DNA of 64,000 bases. It comes from Escherichia phage vB_EcoM-UFV11. The number at the start of each line of letters is the position of its first letter. Position 1 is the first letter of the stretch. The stretch lies in sequence record OP555982.1. One strand, written 5' to 3'. The position numbers and the translations under genes are program-made. Of this stretch, positions 58,349-64,000 are shown piece after piece. The notes beneath the pieces are model-generated. The model had not been told where the DNA came from. It searched no databases and saw nothing but the letters and a program-made list of their open reading frames with translations.

Positions 58349-58557
58349 TTTGGTTTACCTTCTTTAACGAAATCAGGATAAGGGTAAAATCCTGAATAAA
58401 ATCCTTCACCTTTATGATTGATGCATCCTTTATTAGAACAATAGCACCAATAATCGAAATCACAAGCCATTTCATCGTTGCATAAAGCAAAAACAACCGG
58501 CCACTTACACTTTTCACAGTGGGCATTTTTAAGAATACTAGTTTGGCTCATAACCAT
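58345..58557 (-). CDS. hypothetical Cys-rich protein
   Basis: ATG at 58557; CEKCKW...CNDEMAC...CYCSNKGC. Confidence 0.45.
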   Translation of the reverse strand: MVMSQTSILKNAHCEKCKWPVVFALCNDEMACDFDYWCYCSNKGCINHKGEGFYSGFYPYPDFVKEGKPK

Positions 58558-58760
58558 GTAACCTTTAAGCAATATTCTTCTACATGTTGTTTACGACCTT
58601 TCTTATCAATAAAGGTATATTCAACGAATGTTCCAATGTAGTCTTTATCTACATCATGTGGACTATTAATTGGACATTTAGTACGGCAAATGCGTTCCCA
58701 TTGACGAATAATTTCCACTTTGTTTTTAGGATCAAACGGATGTGGGTAATGTACTTTCAT
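58548..58760 (-). CDS. hypothetical protein
   Basis: 70-aa ORF. Confidence 0.45.
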   Translation of the reverse strand: MKVHYPHPFDPKNKVEIIRQWERICRTKCPINSPHDVDKDYIGTFVEYTFIDKKGRKQHVEEYCLKVTWL

Positions 58761-59211
58761 AATCCACCACTATTAAATCAATATCAGGAGTAAACATGTC
58801 GATTAATTTAGAAACCTTATCCCAATCGCCGCCAGCAATACCACAACCTATGCGTGGAATGTAAATTACTGGTTTAAACAAAAGGGTTTCTGCCTGTAGA
58901 TTTAATTCTATCATGCAGTTTACTAAAGCACCATAATCAAGATTAGGACCTGGTTCGTATTGCGTATACAAGTTATAACATATGCCAAAACCATTAGGTT
59001 TATGTTTAAAAACAATAGACATATCGCCTAATTTATCACGAGAACCGTACTCGGTAGTGGTTTTATCTATTTCTAAAATTTTGGGATAGGCTCTTGCTAA
59101 TTGACCAGCTACACCACTGCCCATTGTATGAAAACAATTGCACCCGTGCGCAATAATATTACCTTCAAGAAAGAGGGCGACAATATCGCCCTTGATATAT
59201 TTTACAATCAT
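58732..59211 (-). CDS. putative macro-domain protein (ADP-ribose binding/processing)
   Basis: 159-aa ORF; HGCNCFHTMGSGVAGQLA and IGCGIAGGDW motifs resemble macro domains. Confidence 0.5.
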   Translation of the reverse strand: MIVKYIKGDIVALFLEGNIIAHGCNCFHTMGSGVAGQLARAYPKILEIDKTTTEYGSRDKLGDMSIVFKHKPNGFGICYNLYTQYEPGPNLDYGALVNCMIELNLQAETLLFKPVIYIPRIGCGIAGGDWDKVSKLIDMFTPDIDLIVVDYESTLPTSV

Positions 59212-59555
59212 CTAGTACTCAATCCTCGATTATAAGAATCTACCAAACGGTCAACCATTGAATGACAAGCGGCTTTATCTTTCTCCTCCGCAACTGAACA
59301 TTCTAAGGTATTCCACTTTTTAGCATATCGTTTTAATAATGTATCGTTTTTGTATCTGCTTGATTTATCTCTTTCTCCGTCTTTATATGCATATATTAAT
59401 TTCTGCGCAAATTCAGCTTGGCATGCTTTATTTTTCCCACAATAATCTGCCGCAGTGCGGTTCACATACTCCCTAATTTCAGTATATGATGTATCTGCTG
59501 ACGCATAAGCAGAAAATGAAATTAATCCTATACATAAAACCAAAATTTTAGTCAT
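59208..59555 (-). CDS. hypothetical secreted protein
   Basis: 115-aa ORF with signal peptide MTKILVLCIGLISFSAYASA. Confidence 0.5.
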   Translation of the reverse strand: MTKILVLCIGLISFSAYASADTSYTEIREYVNRTAADYCGKNKACQAEFAQKLIYAYKDGERDKSSRYKNDTLLKRYAKKWNTLECSVAEEKDKAACHSMVDRLVDSYNRGLSTR

Positions 59556-60093
59556 TTACTATTTCCAAAAGTTTATTATTTTTAAGGTAGTTAGCCTTTT
59601 CTAGGACTTCAGAAGCATATTTAGAACCTGCTTTAACATTCCATCCCGAATTATAAGAGGATATTGCTTTTCTTATATCGCCCTTATGTATATTTAACCA
59701 ATAAGAAAGTTCAATGTACGCCCAGGAAGCTGAATTGGATCGTTTATTCAACATTCTTTTTATTTCAGCATCGGTCATATTATAACCAAGTTCCTTAACT
59801 CTTGCTCGCATAGTAGGCAAATAATTTTGGAACATTCCATAAGCGTGATGCTTTGGTTTAGATTTTAAATTAACTCCGCCAGAGCTTTCTTGCCATAAAA
59901 TAGCAGCCATTATATGACCTAATCCGCTCTTGTGGATATTTTTATGTGTTTTATATTTTCCATCCTTAGAAAACTGTTCCCCGAATTGATACGCGTAACG
60001 CATGTTATCGAGTTGGACATTACTGAAAGTATGCTCGGAGCTATGTGCCATCATTGAAATGGCCAATAGACCAGCGAGTAGTGCTTTTCTCAT
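59548..60093 (-). CDS. putative secreted lytic transglycosylase-like protein
   Basis: 181-aa ORF; signal peptide; WQESSGG...YGMFQ resembles SLT catalytic motif. Confidence 0.5.
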   Translation of the reverse strand: MRKALLAGLLAISMMAHSSEHTFSNVQLDNMRYAYQFGEQFSKDGKYKTHKNIHKSGLGHIMAAILWQESSGGVNLKSKPKHHAYGMFQNYLPTMRARVKELGYNMTDAEIKRMLNKRSNSASWAYIELSYWLNIHKGDIRKAISSYNSGWNVKAGSKYASEVLEKANYLKNNKLLEIVND

Positions 60094-60100
60094 GCTTACC

Positions 60101-60562
60101 TCATTGAGTTTTAATTACTGCTTTAGAAGCCTTTCCTGGTAAACGACGACTGTTAATAATTGCCATCCTGCATTGAAGCGACGGGTCTTTGAACTTCGCA
60201 TTAGGTTTACAAACTGTAAATCCAAGCCAAAGATTTCCATCTGTGATTTCTAAACGTCCAGGACGATATTCAACCCCATCAATAAAATCCTCGTCAATGT
60301 CAGGACGCGGAGGCATACTCAGGAATTCATTAACTTCTAAAACATGGTCTTTTATTTTATGGAATAATTCAAAAACGTATGTCTCATCAATCTCCCGTTG
60401 AATTGCGCGATCAAGAAGATGTTGAGAATATTTTAGATGAAACGATGAGACCCCTGCTGCTTTTGATGCCTCACGAATCTCATTGTTAATTTGACGAAAC
60501 TCCGACTCAAAGTGACGACGAAGCTTATTTCGACGGATAAAAACTTCTGTGTTGATAGTCAT
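60101..60562 (-). CDS. regB: endoribonuclease RegB (153 aa)
   Basis: 153-aa ORF MTINTEVFIRRNKLRRHFESEFRQINNEIREASK. Confidence 0.9.
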   Translation of the reverse strand: MTINTEVFIRRNKLRRHFESEFRQINNEIREASKAAGVSSFHLKYSQHLLDRAIQREIDETYVFELFHKIKDHVLEVNEFLSMPPRPDIDEDFIDGVEYRPGRLEITDGNLWLGFTVCKPNAKFKDPSLQCRMAIINSRRLPGKASKAVIKTQ

Positions 60563-60589
60563 GTTATTCTCCTCTTAACTGATAGAAAA

Positions 60590-60619
60590 ATTATACCACA
60601 GTCAAGAGGAAAAGTAAAC
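60590..60619 (-). promoter_or_regulatory. T4-type early promoter
   Basis: minus strand GTTTACTTTTCCTCTTGACTGTGGTATAAT upstream of regB. Confidence 0.55.
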
Positions 60620-60621
60620 AG

Positions 60622-60942
60622 TTATTCTTTAAATCTAATCAATTTATTCATAGACTTTGAAACTTCTGTACGAACCTCATGTAGATTTTTGAGTTGTTCA
60701 AGACGCTGCGTATAGTAAGCAATTTCATCTTCTTCGAGACAGTCCTGTGAATCTTCTTTAAGATAGCGTGCATAGTCCTGGAAAGCGTTACGGATTACTT
60801 CCTGGAAATCATCAAGACTTTGAATTTTCTTAGGAGCAGCAGATACACGACGAGGGGCAGTATAATACTCATAACCAAACCCTGCGCTTAATTGAGCCAT
60901 TAGTATTTTTCCTCTGGTTGGAACACAGCACGACAAGCCCAC
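60622..60942 (-). CDS. hypothetical protein
   Basis: 106-aa ORF. Confidence 0.5.
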   Translation of the reverse strand: MGLSCCVPTRGKILMAQLSAGFGYEYYTAPRRVSAAPKKIQSLDDFQEVIRNAFQDYARYLKEDSQDCLEEDEIAYYTQRLEQLKNLHEVRTEVSKSMNKLIRFKE

Positions 60943-61202
60943 ATACTGGCTTCTTTGAGTTTCGTTTTAGCAATAGTTAACTGATCGAGGCTTTCGGCGT
61001 AATTCTTCGCGAGTTCATCATCTTCACAGCTATCAAATGCTTCCCAAAATTCATCGTATAAAGCATCAAAGATAAGTCCTAAACGAACTTCAGCGTCTTT
61101 AATAGCATTTACTTTACCGATTTTTTCGTCGGTATGTGGCTTATAACCTTTAATATCTTCAATCATATTTGACTTCCTCACCAGTACATAAATCGTATTC
61201 AA
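60900..61202 (-). CDS. hypothetical acidic protein
   Basis: 100-aa ORF. Confidence 0.5.
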   Translation of the reverse strand: MNTIYVLVRKSNMIEDIKGYKPHTDEKIGKVNAIKDAEVRLGLIFDALYDEFWEAFDSCEDDELAKNYAESLDQLTIAKTKLKEASMWACRAVFQPEEKY

Positions 61203-61380
61203 CTAAACGAATAGGTTCATGAATGCCATATCCCTGAACAGAAATTTCTGTCGTAGGATAAATTCCATCAATATCACCCATATTCCAGGCTTCGTTAAAT
61301 TGCTGTTCGCCTGAATTACTAAACCACTCGGCGAAAGCATTTAGCACATCTTTAGAACCTTCAATAATTATCTTTGCCAT
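61159..61380 (-). CDS. hypothetical protein
   Basis: 73-aa ORF. Confidence 0.45.
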   Translation of the reverse strand: MAKIIIEGSKDVLNAFAEWFSNSGEQQFNEAWNMGDIDGIYPTTEISVQGYGIHEPIRLVEYDLCTGEEVKYD

Positions 61381-61742
61381 TACAAACTCTCGGTAAAGGT
61401 ACGAGCGATAACGTCGCGCTGCTGTTCCGGAGTCAGAGAGTTAAAGCGAACTGCATAACCGGATACACGGATGGTCAGCTGCGGATATTTTTCCGGATGC
61501 TTAACTGCATCTTCCAGAGTTTCACGACGCAGAACGTTAACGTTCAGGTGTTGACCACCTTCAATTTTAACTGTAGGCTGTTGCTCAATTTCAATTTCAC
61601 GGGCATGCAAACCGTAGAAAATTTCTGGGTCTACAAAAGAGTCCTCTTTAAAAGTTTTAGAGACAATAATTCGTGCTTGAATACCATCTTCAAAATAAAT
61701 AGTACCTTTATGCGTGCCTTCAAGAATTTGATATGCTTTCAT
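61380..61742 (-). CDS. autonomous glycyl radical cofactor (GrcA/YfiD-like)
   Basis: 120-aa ORF; glycyl-radical motif [13 protein letters not shown]; GC-rich 3' half. Confidence 0.85.
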   Translation of the reverse strand: MKAYQILEGTHKGTIYFEDGIQARIIVSKTFKEDSFVDPEIFYGLHAREIEIEQQPTVKIEGGQHLNVNVLRRETLEDAVKHPEKYPQLTIRVSGYAVRFNSLTPEQQRDVIARTFTESL

Positions 61743-61749
61743 ATAAACC

Positions 61750-62079
61750 TCAATTAGAAAATAAATTTATCCAAGATTGTTCTTTAATTAAAAATGGCTC
61801 AGAATCATATGCCATTAAACTCTGCGTGATTAGTCCTTTAAAAGGTCCATCAATAAATTCCATGGTAAAATATGGAATTTTATTCATTAGCCGTGCGTTA
61901 GGAGCAGTACATAAAACTCTGCATCCTTTGAATACGCCTTTTTGTAATTTGTATTGCTTAGGATAAAATTCGCTCAAGACGTTGTTATTTGCCAAAATTT
62001 CAAAATGATTCACCAATTTATTTTTAATAGTTTTTGGCGAAAAATAAAGATATTCGAAAAGTTGCGTGTCTGTCATCAT
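61750..62079 (-). CDS. hypothetical protein
   Basis: ATG at 62079 overlaps upstream stop (ATGA). Confidence 0.45.
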   Translation of the reverse strand: MMTDTQLFEYLYFSPKTIKNKLVNHFEILANNNVLSEFYPKQYKLQKGVFKGCRVLCTAPNARLMNKIPYFTMEFIDGPFKGLITQSLMAYDSEPFLIKEQSWINLFSN

Positions 62080-62615
62080 TGCATTCCGATTATGAAAAAC
62101 TGTGGACGAGTAATACCACCAATGCAACATTTAATATTACAGCAGCAGTGTACAGTTTCAATATGGACACTATAAATCTTATCCATATCAGGAGATTTGA
62201 CAGGTTCATCAATTATATACAAAATTCGCGAAAGCGATAAACCTCTGAACTTGCTTCCTTTATTACCAATAAAACTGCGCACAGAATCAGCAAATAAACG
62301 AAAACGTATATCATCATTAGAATAACGCGAAAATTCCTTTTTAATGTTATTTGAAGAAATTTTAGCGTAAGCTGAAGTATTAGAAAGAACAATAACTGTT
62401 CCGCCATCATACAACCAATTAGCGGCAAAATTAGTTACTGCAGTTGATTTACCGGATTGACGTCCACCATCTAGTCGAAGTGTGCAATACTGCTTAAGTA
62501 AGTCTTCAAATGGTGGGATATAATCGTTTTTACAAATTTCTTCTACTCTAGCGTCAGAATGGTGTGTAAAAGCATTCATCAGGGATAGATAAGGACCAGT
62601 TAAAAATGTTCTCAT
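62076..62615 (-). CDS. small P-loop NTPase
   Basis: Walker A GGRQSGKST, Walker B ILYIIDEP; start set at ATG 62615 with SD AGAGAGAA. Confidence 0.45.
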   Translation of the reverse strand: MRTFLTGPYLSLMNAFTHHSDARVEEICKNDYIPPFEDLLKQYCTLRLDGGRQSGKSTAVTNFAANWLYDGGTVIVLSNTSAYAKISSNNIKKEFSRYSNDDIRFRLFADSVRSFIGNKGSKFRGLSLSRILYIIDEPVKSPDMDKIYSVHIETVHCCCNIKCCIGGITRPQFFIIGMQ

Positions 62616-62768
62616 TTTATTCTCTCTAAATTTGGGCCATTCCATGGCGCATGAATTGTCCATTTCTGTATTTACCCATTACCGCACTTGGGCTCGACCT
62701 TATTACAGGTTGGCGGGAATCCCTCACAGAATCATGAGGTCCAGCTTGTTCCCATATTTCTTATTTGC

Positions 62769-63242
62769 TTATTTGAATGATTTAACGTACTGAATAGAAC
62801 CTTTACTATTCACAAAGGCAATTTTACCATTTTTGTTATACATAGTAGCAGTACGTTGATAGCCATAAGTTTGTTTACCAGATTGATAACCAACTAATGC
62901 GAAATTATCTTCACCCATTTTATTCTGTTTAGCGCGAATGCGTTCATGACCATGTGCCATAAGAACCTTAGCATCACCAGTTGCAATGGACCGACGAGTT
63001 TTTTCATCTTCAACTGTATTAACAAAGTCGTCAAATGAATCAAATTTAGCATGAGATTTATTATACAGTTTTCCATCTACTGCATAATTATATCCTTGTA
63101 CATCCATCTCAACTTCTGTACCATCATCTAATACCGCAGTAATTTTCTGTCCTTTTTTAAATTTCAAAAGATCAGTAAAAGATTCAGCAATAATTTGAGA
63201 ATTAATAGCTGCTTCAGTAATAAATTCTTTATACGTTTTCAT
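62769..63242 (-). CDS. capsid internal protein (IPIII-like)
   Basis: 157-aa ORF; N-terminal MKTYKEFITEA as in T4 internal-protein targeting sequences. Confidence 0.65.
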   Translation of the reverse strand: MKTYKEFITEAAINSQIIAESFTDLLKFKKGQKITAVLDDGTEVEMDVQGYNYAVDGKLYNKSHAKFDSFDDFVNTVEDEKTRRSIATGDAKVLMAHGHERIRAKQNKMGEDNFALVGYQSGKQTYGYQRTATMYNKNGKIAFVNSKGSIQYVKSFK

Positions 63243-63258
63243 GTGTATCCTTTAATTT

Positions 63259-63576
63259 TTATTCTTTAGGGAAGTTTTTAGAATATGCATCATAAAGCTT
63301 ATTTCCAATACGGCGGAAAACTCTAGCCGCAAAACGATTTTCTGGGTTTTTAATCATGATTTGCATCATATAAGTACCCGCGTCAGAAAGAGCTTCTTCA
63401 TAGTACCCGTTAATTTCTTTAAGAGTCCTACGTTTACCACCAGGACCATCAACAGTGATTTTCCATTTACCTGTAGAAGTGCGACTTGGCGGTTCAACTT
63501 GTTCAATCCAGATATAACCGCCTTCTACACGCTGTCCTGCAACAGATTCTGCAATAAATTCTTTATACGTTTTCAT
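63259..63576 (-). CDS. capsid internal protein (IPII-like)
   Basis: 105-aa ORF; N-terminal MKTYKEFIAES; 5' DNA near-identical to neighbour. Confidence 0.65.
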   Translation of the reverse strand: MKTYKEFIAESVAGQRVEGGYIWIEQVEPPSRTSTGKWKITVDGPGGKRRTLKEINGYYEEALSDAGTYMMQIMIKNPENRFAARVFRRIGNKLYDAYSKNFPKE

Positions 63577-63612
63577 GTGTTTCCTTTAAATATTTTAATT
63601 AGTAACTGTGAA

Positions 63613-63643
63613 TATACTATCACAGTTTTAGGAGAAAGTAAAC
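63613..63643 (-). promoter_or_regulatory. T4-type early promoter
   Basis: minus strand GTTTACTTTCTCCTAAAACTGTGATAGTAT. Confidence 0.45.
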
Positions 63644-63647
63644 AACT

Positions 63648-64000
<353 letters not shown>

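Noticed and set aside
62616-62768. Remnant of denV coding sequence
   Set aside because: Translations of the spacer in all minus-strand frames show no resemblance to the endonuclease V sequence as I recall it
62640-62770. Possible tRNA or small RNA in the GC-rich spacer
   Set aside because: No cloverleaf could be drawn and no T-loop GTTCRANYC consensus on either strand; kept only as an unexplained spacer in the findings
62213-63076. Embedded minus-strand ORFs 62213-62428 and 62894-63076
   Set aside because: Alternative-frame ORFs inside the P-loop gene and the IPIII-like gene

Overview
This window looks like the first ~64 kb of a T4-like (T-even, Tequatrovirus-type) phage genome, running from rIIA at position 11 to the 3' part of the lysozyme gene e at the window end. 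It is densely coded and almost entirely on the minus strand, in T4 gene order: rIIA, 39, dexA, dda, modA/modB, soc, 56, 61, sp, dmd, 41, 40, uvsX, 42, imm, 43, regA, 62, 44, 45, rpbA, 46, 47, a-gt, 55, nrdG, nrdD, 49, nrdC, rI, tk, regB, internal proteins, e. Genes are separated by T4-style early promoters (GTTTAC-N17/18-TATAAT), a MotA-type middle promoter before uvsX, and UUCG-tetraloop hairpin terminators. Only two credible plus-strand genes exist: a 66-aa membrane ORF between 56 and 61, and an HNH homing endonuclease between 45.2 and 46. Compared with my recollection of the T4 map, this phage has an uninterrupted gene 39, an intronless nrdD, and no recognisable dam, denV, segA or mobD; a GT-A glycosyltransferase sits where beta-gt would be. 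The most interesting candidate is an operon in the nrdC-rI accessory region encoding a pol-beta-type nucleotidyltransferase, a 3-TM membrane protein and a paralog pair. Other notable points are a perfect 99-bp in-frame tandem duplication, a GrcA-like glycyl-radical gene with a GC-rich host-like 3' half, and a macro-domain protein. All identifications are from reading the sequence and recalled protein families; no database search was run, and small-ORF and regulatory coordinates may be off by a base or two.
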